Assembly: GCA_963809895.1 (NCBI GenBank) | Contig: CAWELD010000003.1 | Span: forward strand, 2,080,001-2,144,000 | DNA length: 64,000 nucleotides | Source: an uncultured Gemmatimonadales bacterium | GTDB lineage: Bacteria; Gemmatimonadota; Gemmatimonadetes; Longimicrobiales; Gaopeijiaceae | Reading direction: 5' to 3' | Part shown: one piece after another, positions 1 through 12,343 of the stretch | Position numbering within the stretch: position 1 is the stretch's first letter | How the letters are laid out: each line of letters starts with the position of its first letter | Made by a program: the position numbers and the translations under genes | The notes under the pieces: model-generated | What the model saw: only the letters and a program-made list of their open reading frames with translations | The model's database searches: none | Told to the model about the DNA's origin: nothing

Positions 1-1465
<1,465 letters not shown>

Positions 1466-1473
1466 AGTCCCGA

Positions 1474-1502
1474 ATAGTAGCCGAAGACGTAATGGCGCTC
1501 AA
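1474..1502 (-). promoter_or_regulatory. Putative sigma70 promoter of uvrA (TTGAGC-N17-TACTAT)
   Basis: Minus strand TTGAGC, 17 nt, TACTAT, then 8 nt to the ATG; no Shine-Dalgarno visible. Confidence 0.5.
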
Positions 1503-1643
1503 CGCAGGGTTGTAGGCGGGGGATTCTCCCCACACCGGGACACGGTCCGGCCCCGACATCCTGGACCGGTGTGCCCCGCGATCTTTCATGTGGGCCGATC
1601 CCGAGAGTTCGACCATCACGCACAGGCCGACGGAGGACACGTC

Positions 1644-2528
1644 ATGTTCCACTCCCTCCTCGTACCCCTCGACGGGACCCGTTTCAGCGAGCATGCGTTG
1701 CCGCTCGCCGAGGGCATCGCGAAAGCCACCGGCGCGTCGGTACACCTGACCCGCGTCCATGTCTCCAACCCACCCGACGGACTGCTCTCCAACACGCAGT
1801 TCCACTACGAGGGCGTGGACATGGGGGAGTACGAGGGGATCCGATTGGACGAGGAGCGCTCGTACGTCAAGGAGATGGTGCAGCGCTTCTCTCGCGAGGC
1901 GCCCGTGCCCGTGGACGGCATCGTTCTGGAGGGCGACATCGCCCACCGCCTGGTCGACCATCTCAAGGTGACCGAGGCGGACGCCGTCATCCTCACCACC
2001 CATGCACGCGAGGGCGTCTCCCGGGCGTGGTTGGGCAGCGTGGCGGAGTCGCTCATCCAGGACACCACGGTGCCCGTGCTCGCGCTGCGCTGGGATCCCG
2101 ACGATCCCCGGCCGGAACCCACCGAAGTCCGGCATATCCTGGTGCCGCTGGACGGTTCCGCTCTGGCCGAATCCATCCTGGACCCGGCCGTCGACCTGGC
2201 GCAGGCCATGGGCGCTCGCATCACGCTCGTCAACGTGGTCCGCTCGGGACTCCGCACCCGTGCCCGCTTCGCGGACGGCGAGCGCTATCTGAGGCGCGCG
2301 GCTCAACGGCTGGAGGACTCGGGGGTCGAGTGCGACATCCTCGTCACCTCGTCCGGCAAGCCGGCCGACGCCATCTGCCGCGTGGCCCGCGAGGTGGAAG
2401 CGGACCTCATCGCCATTGCCACCCACGGACGCGCCGGCGTGAGCCGCGCGCTCCTGGGCAGCGTAGCGCTCAAGGTCCTGCACAACACCCATCTGCCGCT
2501 CCTGGTGCGGAGACCGGCGTTGGCGTGA
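1644..2528 (+). CDS. Universal stress protein with two tandem USP domains
   Basis: MFHSLLVPLDGT... and RHILVPLDGS...; two ATHGR/TTHAR-x-G-x(5)-GSVA motifs; GGAGG RBS before ATG 1644. Confidence 0.93.
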   Translation: MFHSLLVPLDGTRFSEHALPLAEGIAKATGASVHLTRVHVSNPPDGLLSNTQFHYEGVDMGEYEGIRLDEERSYVKEMVQRFSREAPVPVDGIVLEGDIAHRLVDHLKVTEADAVILTTHAREGVSRAWLGSVAESLIQDTTVPVLALRWDPDDPRPEPTEVRHILVPLDGSALAESILDPAVDLAQAMGARITLVNVVRSGLRTRARFADGERYLRRAAQRLEDSGVECDILVTSSGKPADAICRVAREVEADLIAIATHGRAGVSRALLGSVALKVLHNTHLPLLVRRPALA

Positions 2529-2571
2529 ACGCTTAGGGTGCCGCGTCGGCGGTCGCGCGACGGGGCCGAGC

Positions 2572-5500
2572 TCAGTAGCCCCACTCGCGGAAGAACGAGA
2601 GTCCGTAGATGAGGGAGCTGCGCAGCCCCAGCTCCTGGAAGCCGAAGCTGCCACTCCTCAGGAAGCGGTCCTCGGCGAAGACCTCGAGATGGTACTGGTC
2701 GCTCGCCTGCCACTCGACCCGGAAGCCGCCCAGGAGGCTCCCCGACGGGCCCAGGTCCGAGAGGGGCCGGAGCACCAGAGCCGCGAAGTAGTCGCCGCCG
2801 AAGAAGTAGCGGCCCACCTCCACCTGCGTGTTGGCCACCGAGTTGGCCAATCCCCCCTGAGCCAGGTTCGACTCGGCCGCCTGCGAGATCGACAGGTAGT
2901 CGAAGTACCCGGTACCCTGCGCCAGCGCGCCCAGGCTGTTGGCCAGGGATCCGAGGCCGAGCTGTCCGATCTGACCCCCGAAGCCGCTCAGGAGTCCTCC
3001 CCCGGAGCTGCCGGAGCCGCCGCTGGACAGCGCCGTGGTCACCTCGGAGCTGGCACGCCCGAAGACCAGGTAGCTGATGAGATCGGACTGGGCGACGCCG
3101 CTCTCGGTGGTGGACAGGCTCACGCGGGGGTCCACCAGCGTGCCCGTGAGGTTCGCCGTGATGTCCAGAGGCTCCCCGTCACGCCGCCGCACCCGAGCCA
3201 CCGCCTCGATGTCCAGGTTGGGGTTGATGCCGGGGGTACCCACGAACTCCACGGTGCCGGAGCGCACGTCGAAGGTCCGATTCAGGAAGGTGTACTGGCC
3301 CCGCACCGCCTGCAGCTCGCCGATCATGACCAGGTCCTGGCGTGGGCGGTCGTAGACCACGATGAGATCGCCCTGCATCTCCACGTTCATCTGCGGCGAG
3401 CGCAGCCAGGTGTCCCGCTCCACGGCCAGGTCCACATTCACGCGCAAGCTGTCCATGAACGGGTTGCGGGTCCGCGCCAGCAGCGGCCTGCCGCGGATCG
3501 ACGAGGTGTCCACGTACGCGAAGAACCGCGGATCCGACAGGTCCACGACACCGAAGCTGCGCTGGAACTCTTCCAGGTAGATGTCGGCCTGGTCCACCTG
3601 CAGTTGGCCCCGCACCAGCGGCTTCAGGTAGCTCTGGGTGAGTTGGATCTGGCCGCTCACCGTGCCCGCGACGTCGCGCCGGTCCACGGCCTGGAAGCGA
3701 TCGAAATCCATGGTGAGGTCCAGTCCGGGGTCCGTCAGGGGAGAGAGGTTCACGGTGCCGTTCACCCGCACGGTGCCCCCTGCCCTCCCGGTGACCTGCA
3801 CGCGCACCCGGCTGTCGGGCTGCACCTCGAAGGTGCCGCTCACCTCTGACTGCCGGACCCCCAGCGCACCCACCGTCCAGGCACCTCCCCTCAGGCTCAT
3901 GGTTCCCGAAGGCCTGGGGTCCTCCACGGTGCCCTGGAAGCGCAGATTCCCGGACAGGGTGCCCTGCACGTCGTCCAGATCCTCCAGGAGGGCCAGGGCG
4001 AAGACCGCGGGCAGGGAGTCGGCCCGCAGGTCCAGGTCCATGGGCCGGTCCGGCGTCCGGTCCTCCACCCCGCGGAAGGCCAGGTCCACCGGAAGCTGCC
4101 CCTGCAGATCCAGCACCTGCAGCTCGTCGCGCCAGGCCTCGAGCTTGAGGTCCGCGGACCGATCCTGGTAGCTCATCTCACCGGTCACACGGGTCAGGTC
4201 CACGGTGATCGCCCGCACGTCCCTGCCCGAGAAGGTGGTGTGGATGCGAGGGTCCGCCGCGGTGCCCTCCACACGAACCTGAAGGTCCACGCGGCCCGCC
4301 ACGTCCACGTCCTCACGCTGGATGAGCTGGGCCAGGCGCTCCAGGCGCACGCCACGGGCGTCCAGCGTGAAGTCGGCCGGGCCGCGCCGCGGGAGCCGCC
4401 CGTCGGCCCGGATGTGGACCGAGTCGGGGCCGGGCCGGACCAGCTCGAAATCGCGCACCACGAACGCGGAGTCGTTCCACGACAGGTGCGCCGGCTCCGC
4501 CAGCCGGTAGTCGAGCGAATCGAAGCGGAGCCCGAGCTCGTCCACGTCCACGGTACCGCCCAGCGAGTCCAACTCGAATCGCGTGCGCGCTCGGTAGTCC
4601 TCGGCGTCGTTGCGGACCAGCGCCACCACCGCCTGGCCCCGCGGGCGGGTGTAGTCCACCTCGGCCCGGGCGGAAGCGAAGCTCCGTTGCAGGACATCGG
4701 CGGAATCGGCCGTCACCTCCAGGCGCAGCCGGCCGGCGAGACCCGGCAGGCCCTCGGCGTCGACCCGTACCTCCGCGCCCTCGAGGAAGGAGCGCCCGTA
4801 GCGCACCTGCTGGAGAGTCGCCCGGCCCTGAGCCGAGAAGTCGTTCACGCTGCCCCGGAGGGTGAACTCGCCCTGTACCCGGCCGTCCACCGTCACCTCC
4901 TCGGTGGTGGGCAGCGTGTCCGGATCGATGCCCGCGAGCTCCAGCAGGTCGGGCTGCAATCCGGTCAGGGTGTCCCGGGCGATCACGGTGTCCCCCATGA
5001 ACACAGGACGGATCCCCTCCAGGGACTCGGTGGCGAAGCGCACCCGCACCTCGCCCGCCGGTTGCACCGTGTCCACGGCCAGGGTGCCCCCGGCGTCCAG
5101 GTCGAAGCCGCCCACGCGGGCGGTGAGGGTGTCCAGCGTCAGCACCCCCTGGGCGATGCGGGCGCCGAGGCGCAGGGTGTCGACCTCGAGTCCGCCCAAC
5201 CGCGACGCCCCGAAGTCCATCTCGGCGTTGGCGCGCATGGTGCTGCGATCGCGTCCCGTCCCGTCCACCCGCACGTGACCGGTGAAGGTCGAGGGCTCGG
5301 GCAGCGAGGGCACCAGGGCCGAGGCCCTGAAGTCGGCCACGGTGCCCTCGAGCTGATACGAAGCCCCGGGGTTGCGGAGGTCGAGCCGGCCACCCAGGTC
5401 GAGGCGCCCGAGCTCCGTGTCCACCTGGGCGTGCACCTCCAGGTCCTGGAGCTGGCCGCGGGCACGCAACGAGCCGGACACCTCGCCGCCCAGGGGGAGG

Positions 5501-7064
5501 TCGGGATAGCTGGTCTTGACCGCGTCCAGAGACAGGGGCGACAGATCGCCCTGAATGTCCATGGTGAAGGCGTCACCCACCCGGCGGAGGCTGCCACTGG
5601 CCAGGATGTGCGACGGTGGCGCACTCCCCGGACGGTGCAACAGATCGGCGTCGAAACGGAGTCCCGACTCCAGCCAGCCCGTGGCGCGCACCTGCGCCCG
5701 ACCCGCGCCCTCGAGGCGTGCCGATGGGATCCACGCCGAGATCAGACGCCAGTCCATGGGCTCGAGGGTGGCGGTGAACTCCTGGAGCGACGGCGCCGAG
5801 GCACCGGTGAGCGCCACGGTGCCGCCATACTCCACCTCGGTGGGGCGGTAGCCCTCGGTGTCGAGGGCCAGGTGCCCGGAGGCCTGGAGCGCGTTCAGCG
5901 GACCCGAGAGTCGCACGGTTCCCGAAGCACGGCCGCGCACCGGCAGGGTATCGGACAGGTACGGGTTCAACGCATCCAGATCCACGTCGGTGAGGCGCAG
6001 CGAGACTCCTTGCAAACGCAGGTCGCTGCCGCCGCCGAACTCCACGCCACCCTCGCCGGTGACCCGCCCGCCTTCCAGCCGGGAATCCAGCTCCGTCACG
6101 CGCCACGCACTGCCTCCGGGGCCACCGTCTCCCGTGACCCGGGCATCGCCGGTGAGGGGCGGAAGTGACGAGGCCAACCAGCGGAAGTGGGCCAGATCGA
6201 CGTCCTCGAGGGCCAACTCCGCGTGATAGCCGACAGAGCCGGAATCGGGAAAGATCACCGACGCCGTGCCGGCCAACGGGGTGGAGTCCACGCGCCCACC
6301 GGAGAGCTCCACCGCCAGGGTGTCGGAGGCCAGGCGCACCCGCGCGGCGAGACCCTCCAGCACCAGGGGCTCACGGAGAATGCGCGCCCGGGCGTCGAGG
6401 CGCCCCAGGCTGGCCTCCAGCGTCGCATCGGGACCACCCACCACGACCCGGGGAGCGCGTACCTCCAGCGAGTCCACGTCCATGCGTCGGACGACGCCGT
6501 TCTCCGCGGGCTCCCAACGCAGCACGCCCGACGTGTCGCCCTCCGCCAGGGGGGACACCAGCGTGACCGCTCCGTCCCGGACCTGCACGCCGCGGAAGGT
6601 GAGGGTCGGCGCCGGGCCGCCTCCCCCCCGATGCGCGGCCCGATCCAGCGCTGAACCGTGCCCTCGTCCTGTCCTGGAAAGCGCGCCAGCAGAAGGCGGG
6701 GATTGAAGAGCCGCACGTCGTCGAACTCCAGGCGTCCGCGGATGAGCCCCAGGAGTCCGTACGATGCCTCCAGCGAGTCGGCCGACAGGAGCGGCTCGCC
6801 CTCGGGCGTCACCAGGCGCACGCCGATGAGTCGGGCTCCGCGCAGCACGTTGGCCGATCGGATCGCCTCCACCTCGATACTCCCCGCCACCCGGGTCCGC
6901 GCCTGATCCAGCGCCCAGGCCAGGATCACCCGATGGCCGAGCCCGGTGCGCAGGATGAAGAGCACGCCCAGGACGAGGGCCGCCAGCAGCCACAGGACGC
7001 TCCGCACCGTGGCTCGCGCCAGGCGCCAGCGCGCCTTCAGGCGGATGCCCCGACCCTTGGTCAT
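2572..7064 (-). CDS. tamB: Translocation and assembly module TamB-like protein (one frameshift near 6623-6629)
   Basis: N-terminal signal-anchor part is in ORF 6255..7064; beta-taco repeats and the C-terminal DUF490-like region (G.LQAVRGQYTF..RTFDVRSGTVEF.GTPGINPNLDIEA) are in ORF 2572..6993; frames join at a C7 run; adjacent to an Omp85 gene. Confidence 0.85.
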
Positions 7065-7066
7065 GG

Positions 7067-9319
7067 TCAGAACGCCTGCCCGATGGAGATGTGGAGCTGC
7101 AGCCGGGACAGGGAGAACGCGGGGCTGGCCCCGTAGGTGGCGGTCCGGGACAGGAAGGTGATCTGGTCCGTTCTCACCCAGTCGATGGGCTGGCGGTCAC
7201 CGGAGGCCGTGACCACCTGGATGCGGTCCGACTCGTTGTCGGTCTGCGGATCGAAGGGCCGGATCAGCGAGGTGGCGACGTTGAGCTCCTGCCCTCCGCG
7301 GAACCGGTAGCCGAGATCGACCCGGATCGGGCCGATGGGGCTGAAGTAGCGAACCCCCACGCCGGGCGAGAATTCCAGGTCCGAAAGACGCACCTGCTGG
7401 CGGGCCTTCCACACCTGACCAAAATCCAGGAACGTGACCCCCTGGAAGCCCGACGGCAGGGGGAATCGAACCTCCATGTTTCCTTCGATCACCACGTTGC
7501 CGCCCACGGCCCGCGGCGAGAACTCGCCGTCGGGAATCGTCGGATCGCAGCTGTCGTCGACGATCTGCTCCGGCTGGCACGCCGCCTGGCTACCGGCGGG
7601 AGGCACGCTCAGGAGGTCGGCCACGTCGGTGGTGAGCACCCGGGGACCCAGGCGGTTCTCCGGAAAGCCGCGCACGCTGTTGGCGCCTCCTGCGTAGAAA
7701 CGCTTCTGGGGGTGGACCAGGTCCTCCGAGGCCTTTCCCTTGAGCTCGAGAAAGCGCCCCCGGCCCACGATTCCCGAGCGCAGGCGCCCCGCCAGCACCA
7801 CGTTGGCGAACGGTCGATAGCCGGTGATCTCGCCCACGATGCGCGAGTACTCGAAATTCGACCCGGTGTAGGACGCCGCGTGTTCCAGGTCCACCACCGC
7901 CAGGTAGCCCCGGGTCGGGTTGAGCACGCTGTTGCGACGATCGCGAGCGGCGTTCAGCCCCAGCGGAGCCAACCAATTGGCTTGCTGGAAGATGCGGATG
8001 TCCTGCTCCTGACAGGCCAGGAAGCTGGCGCAGAAGAAGATCTCCGCCGCCGACAGTCTGGCCAGCTCGGGCTGGTAGGAGAGGGTGAGCGAGGCGCGCC
8101 GCCCGATGCTACGCCGCAGGCTGAGGTTGAAACCCAGGGCTTCGCGCACGAAGACGTCGGGCAGGCTCTGCCGTTCCACGTAGGCGGTGGCCGTGAGCGA
8201 GTTGCGCGGCGAGAAGATCCAGGGCTGGGTGAGCGCCAGCGAAACCCTGCCGTTGAGCTCCGCGAAGGTGCCCGAGCCCGCCAGCGGACACGCGGTCTGG
8301 TGGAGCTGGGGAGCGAAGAGATTGGACATGCGCGCCCTGGCCTCCAGGCGCCGCGCGCCGCCGTAGAAGTCCCGGCTGGCCCAACGCGCTTCGGCGGTCA
8401 GGCAGTCGGCGGTGGTCCAGCCCAACCCGGCGCGCACACGGTGCAGATCGCCCTCGGCCACCGTCACGTGGATGGGAATGACGGTGTCCTGCCCGGCCTC
8501 GGGGCGGGTTTCCTCGACCTGGGCGCTCTGGATGATATCCAGGTTGTAGAGGTTGCGCTGGCCCTCCAGGACCTGCGACCTCCGGTAGACGGATCCCTGG
8601 CGGAACGGCAACATGCGGCGGACCGACTCGGCCTCCAGGATCTCGTTGCCCGCGACCGAGATCTCCCCGAAACGCGACAGCGGACCGGGGGCCACGTCGA
8701 GGGTCACCGTGGCGTCGTGACTCTCGCTGGGGATGGTGTAGTTCACCAGGACGTCGGCCCAGGCGTAGCCCGTGTTGCGCAGACGGCTCTGGATCGTGTC
8801 CCGGGCTTCGTCCAGGAGGATGCCCGACAGGGGATCCCCCACCTCCAACGGCAGATCCTCCAGCGCCGACGAGTCCGGAAGCTCGTCGGTGAGGAGCACC
8901 TCCAGGGAGTCCACCCGCACGGGCACACCCTCGTCGATGCGAAAGGTGATGTCCACGAAGCGGTCGCCCCGCGTGACGACGGTGTCCACCGCCATGTCCC
9001 GGTAGCCCCGCTCCATGTAGTAGACCTGGAGGCGGAGGGCGTCGAGGGGAAGCTCGCGAGGCTGAAGGTAGTTGTGATCGATGGCCCAGTCGGCACCCAG
9101 CGGACAGAAGAGGAGCAGCTTGAAGACCGTGGCCTTGCACTCGGTCTGGCGGTTGACGATGGCCCGCTTGAGCGAGTCGTCGGGCATCACCGAGTTTCCC
9201 TCGAAGGTGAGGGAACGGATCTCGAGACGGTTGGATTGGCCCGCGACGGGCGGCGTGCCCAGAACGAGGAGGGCCGCCACGACGCCGGCGAGTCCGGCGA
9301 GCCGGCGGCCGGGCCTCAC
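7067..9319 (-). CDS. BamA/TamA (Omp85) family outer membrane protein
   Basis: Signal peptide, POTRA-like repeats, RFYAGGANSVRGF motif, GVGVRYFSPIGPIRVDLG, C-terminal IGQAF. Confidence 0.93.
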   Translation of the reverse strand: MRPGRRLAGLAGVVAALLVLGTPPVAGQSNRLEIRSLTFEGNSVMPDDSLKRAIVNRQTECKATVFKLLLFCPLGADWAIDHNYLQPRELPLDALRLQVYYMERGYRDMAVDTVVTRGDRFVDITFRIDEGVPVRVDSLEVLLTDELPDSSALEDLPLEVGDPLSGILLDEARDTIQSRLRNTGYAWADVLVNYTIPSESHDATVTLDVAPGPLSRFGEISVAGNEILEAESVRRMLPFRQGSVYRRSQVLEGQRNLYNLDIIQSAQVEETRPEAGQDTVIPIHVTVAEGDLHRVRAGLGWTTADCLTAEARWASRDFYGGARRLEARARMSNLFAPQLHQTACPLAGSGTFAELNGRVSLALTQPWIFSPRNSLTATAYVERQSLPDVFVREALGFNLSLRRSIGRRASLTLSYQPELARLSAAEIFFCASFLACQEQDIRIFQQANWLAPLGLNAARDRRNSVLNPTRGYLAVVDLEHAASYTGSNFEYSRIVGEITGYRPFANVVLAGRLRSGIVGRGRFLELKGKASEDLVHPQKRFYAGGANSVRGFPENRLGPRVLTTDVADLLSVPPAGSQAACQPEQIVDDSCDPTIPDGEFSPRAVGGNVVIEGNMEVRFPLPSGFQGVTFLDFGQVWKARQQVRLSDLEFSPGVGVRYFSPIGPIRVDLGYRFRGGQELNVATSLIRPFDPQTDNESDRIQVVTASGDRQPIDWVRTDQITFLSRTATYGASPAFSLSRLQLHISIGQAF

Positions 9320-9519
9320 GTGCCCGGCTCCAGGCCCGACCGGCGGGGCGCGTCGGGCACTTCGGGTGGCTCCAGGCGGAGCGGCTCCCGGGAGAGCAGG
9401 AGGCGACCCAGGTAGAAGGCCGATGCGCCCACCACGGCTGCGAGCCCCAGGGCCGTGAGCCCGGCCAGCACGTTGTCGCGGGCGTCGGGCTCACGACGGA
9501 TCCAGGCCGGGTCGCTCAC
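9316..9519 (-). CDS. Small hypothetical membrane protein (67 aa)
   Basis: One hydrophobic helix; 4-nt start/stop overlaps with both neighbours (translational coupling). Confidence 0.65.
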   Translation of the reverse strand: MSDPAWIRREPDARDNVLAGLTALGLAAVVGASAFYLGRLLLSREPLRLEPPEVPDAPRRSGLEPGT

Positions 9520-10400
9520 GAAAACGCCTCCCGATCCTGGGCGCGCGCCAACCCCTCACCCAGGCTGCCATCAGGGAACCAGCGCTGGTCCCGGCGGGGG
9601 AAGGCGTGGATGCTGAAGGGTGCGAAAGCTCCCAGATCCTCGAAGTACATGTGGTGCGTCACCTCGACCGCGTGCTGGCCGACGTGCACCACGTTGAAGG
9701 AGTTGCGCGCTCGCTCGCGAGCTCGGCCCCGCCCCGACGTGGTGGTGCCGCTCTGCACGATGATCACTCCGCGGGCGCGGTTCTCGCCGGGATAGACGTC
9801 CAGCGAGTTCCCGATGTAGGCCCGGTGCAGGTGTCCGCCGAGGATGACCTCGACCCCCATGCGCGTCAGCTGGTCCAGAACGCGCTTGGCGCCGGGCATG
9901 AAGCGGTCTCCCTCGTAGTCCGGGGCCGGCGCGAAGTGATGGTGGGCCACCACGATGCGCACGTCGCCTTCCGGGGCCTCGGCGAAGGCCCTGCGCGCGA
10001 ACTCCACCTGGTGGGGGCGGATGCGCCCGTTGACGATGGCCGTGTGCGGAGCGGTGGAATCCAGCGCCACGATGGTGGCGCCGGGGAGCGAGGTCACGGT
10101 GTCGAGCTCGTCGCGAATCCAGCGCCGGTAGTTGCGATGCGGCGCGAAGATACGCTCGAAGACCCGGTACAGCGGAACGTCGTGATTGCCCGGAACCACG
10201 ACCAGGGGCACCTCGGGCAGCCGCTTCAGGAAGGCGGCCGCGTCACGGAACTCGCGCTCCTTGGCGCGCTGCGTGAGGTCGCCGGAAATCACCACTGCGT
10301 CCGGGCCCGCCTCGAAGGCCGCGCTCAGGAACGCCTCTCCCACATCGGCGCGATACGCCTTGCCGAAGTGGATGTCCGAGGCGTGGAGCAGGGTGAGCAC
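9516..10400 (-). CDS. Calcineurin-like metallophosphoesterase (Icc/CpdA-like)
   Basis: Motifs SDIH, SGDLT, PGNHD, AHHH, GHLH. Confidence 0.9.
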   Translation of the reverse strand: MLTLLHASDIHFGKAYRADVGEAFLSAAFEAGPDAVVISGDLTQRAKEREFRDAAAFLKRLPEVPLVVVPGNHDVPLYRVFERIFAPHRNYRRWIRDELDTVTSLPGATIVALDSTAPHTAIVNGRIRPHQVEFARRAFAEAPEGDVRIVVAHHHFAPAPDYEGDRFMPGAKRVLDQLTRMGVEVILGGHLHRAYIGNSLDVYPGENRARGVIIVQSGTTTSGRGRARERARNSFNVVHVGQHAVEVTHHMYFEDLGAFAPFSIHAFPRRDQRWFPDGSLGEGLARAQDREAFS

Positions 10401-10413
10401 GGGATCTCCGACG

Positions 10414-11280
10414 TCAGGCGCCGGCCGCGGCGCGTTGGCGCTCGGCGCGGGCGGGCCCGGACAGGCGGGACATCCCCCAGATCCCCACCGCGACCAGCGC
10501 CAGGCTGATCAGTTGGGCCAGGGTCAGGAGGCCGAAGAAGCGGTCGTCCTTGGCCCGGAAGAACTCCACCAGGAAACGCTCGCAGCCCGCCAGGGCGAGC
10601 CAGAGCATGAAGAGCCAGCCCGGGGAGTGGTCGTGCTTCCTCAGACGCCAGAGCACCAGGAAGATCAGGGTGGAGAGCCCGACCTCGTAGAGCTGCGTGG
10701 GATGCACGGGGACGACCTGGCCGAACTTCTCCACCAGCGCCGGATCCACGGTGATGCCGAACTGTCGCTCGATGACGTCCACCGTGGTGGGAGGCGAGCC
10801 CTGAGGGAACCGGATCCCCACCCACGAGCCCGTGGGCCGGCCCCAATCGTCCCCCACCAGGAAGCAGCCGATGCGGCCCACGGCGTACGCCAGCGCCAGC
10901 GAAGGGCCGACGCCGTCGGCCACGCGCCCCAGGGGAATGGGAGAGCGTCGCGCCTCCCACACCACCAGGGCCGTCGCACCCAGGAATCCCCCGTACCAGA
11001 CCATGCCACCCCGGGAGAACACGAAGGAGAGTCCTTCGGTGGTGAGACGATCGTAGTTCAGGAACACGTAGTAGAGCTTGGCTCCCACGATGCCGCCGAC
11101 CACGGCCATGAAAACGAAGTCCCACGCCTTGTCGCCGTCGTAGCCCATGCGTTCCAGCTCCTTGCGGAGCACCACGCCGGCGGTGACGAACGCCAGGAAC
11201 ATCATCACCCCGAAGGTGGTGACGGGCGCGCCACCAAGGACCGGGAGCCACTCGGGGAAGTGGAACAGGATCGGATGCAT
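10414..11280 (-). CDS. lgt: Prolipoprotein diacylglyceryl transferase
   Basis: GGMVWYGG, GRIGCFL.GDDWG, HPTQLYE, RFLVEFFR. Confidence 0.95.
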   Translation of the reverse strand: MHPILFHFPEWLPVLGGAPVTTFGVMMFLAFVTAGVVLRKELERMGYDGDKAWDFVFMAVVGGIVGAKLYYVFLNYDRLTTEGLSFVFSRGGMVWYGGFLGATALVVWEARRSPIPLGRVADGVGPSLALAYAVGRIGCFLVGDDWGRPTGSWVGIRFPQGSPPTTVDVIERQFGITVDPALVEKFGQVVPVHPTQLYEVGLSTLIFLVLWRLRKHDHSPGWLFMLWLALAGCERFLVEFFRAKDDRFFGLLTLAQLISLALVAVGIWGMSRLSGPARAERQRAAAGA

Positions 11281-11284
11281 GCCG

Positions 11285-12343
11285 TCAGTCTCCCGAAGGC
11301 GTCAGAGGATCACTCGGATCGTGTGGGCGCCGAAGCCCCGGAAAGGGCAGCCCGGCGGAGGCGGTCATGCGGGCGTCGGCCCGCTCTCCCCGGTCCAGGC
11401 GGAAGCGAGCCGCCCGGGCGACCATGGCGCCGTTGTCCAGCGACAGCCTGGGCGAAGCCTGCAGCACCCTGCCGTCCGGTCCCAGGGTGTCGGCCATGAC
11501 GCGCCGGAGACGGCGGTTGGCGCTCACGCCGCCCGCCAGCAGCACCCGCCGGCAGCCGGTGGCATCCACCGCACGCATGGTCTTCTCCACCAGCACCTGC
11601 ACGGCGGCCGCCTGGAACGAGGCCGCCACGTCGGCCCGGCGTTGGCCCAGGGCTCCGGACGCCTCGAGATCCTTGACCGTCTCAAGGACCGCGGTCTTCA
11701 ATCCGCTGAACGAGAAGTCGTAGCCGTCGCGGAGCATGGGACGAGGGAAGTCGAAGGCCTCGGGATCGCCGGTCTCCGCCAGGCGGTCCACCGCCGGACC
11801 GCCCGGATACGGAAGGCCCAGCATCTTGGCCACCTTGTCGAAGGCCTCGCCGGCGGCGTCGTCCCGGGTCTCGCCGAACAGAAGGTAGCGGCCCCACTCC
11901 GGCGCGTGCAGCAGCAGGGTGTGTCCCCCCGACACCAACAGCGCGACGAACGGGGGTTCGGCGTCGGGATCCTCCAGCGAGGGACCGAACAGGTGGGCTT
12001 CCATGTGGTGCACCGCCACCAGCGGCCGATCCAGGGCGAAGGCCGCCGCCTTGGCCCATCCCACCCCGACCAGGAGCGCGCCGATGAGCCCGGGGCCGGC
12101 GGTCACGGCCAGGGCGTCCATGTCGGCGAGCCGGCGACCCGCCTGGTCCAGAGCGGCGTCCACCACGGCATCCACCCGTTGCAGGTGATGCCGGGCGGCC
12201 AGCTCCGGCACCACGCCGCCGTACACGCGATGAACGTCCTGGGAGAGGATCACGTGGCCCTCGACAGCCATGTCTCCACCCAGCACCGCCGCAGACGTCT
12301 CGTCGCAGCTCGTCTCGAGGCCCAGGATCACCGGTCCGCTCAC
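11285..12343 (-). CDS. tsaD: tRNA N6-adenosine threonylcarbamoyltransferase
   Basis: LGLETSCDET, GGVVPELAAR, HHMEAH, LLVSGGHT, DDAAGEAFDK, DFSFSGLKT. Confidence 0.97.
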   Translation of the reverse strand: MSGPVILGLETSCDETSAAVLGGDMAVEGHVILSQDVHRVYGGVVPELAARHHLQRVDAVVDAALDQAGRRLADMDALAVTAGPGLIGALLVGVGWAKAAAFALDRPLVAVHHMEAHLFGPSLEDPDAEPPFVALLVSGGHTLLLHAPEWGRYLLFGETRDDAAGEAFDKVAKMLGLPYPGGPAVDRLAETGDPEAFDFPRPMLRDGYDFSFSGLKTAVLETVKDLEASGALGQRRADVAASFQAAAVQVLVEKTMRAVDATGCRRVLLAGGVSANRRLRRVMADTLGPDGRVLQASPRLSLDNGAMVARAARFRLDRGERADARMTASAGLPFPGLRRPHDPSDPLTPSGD

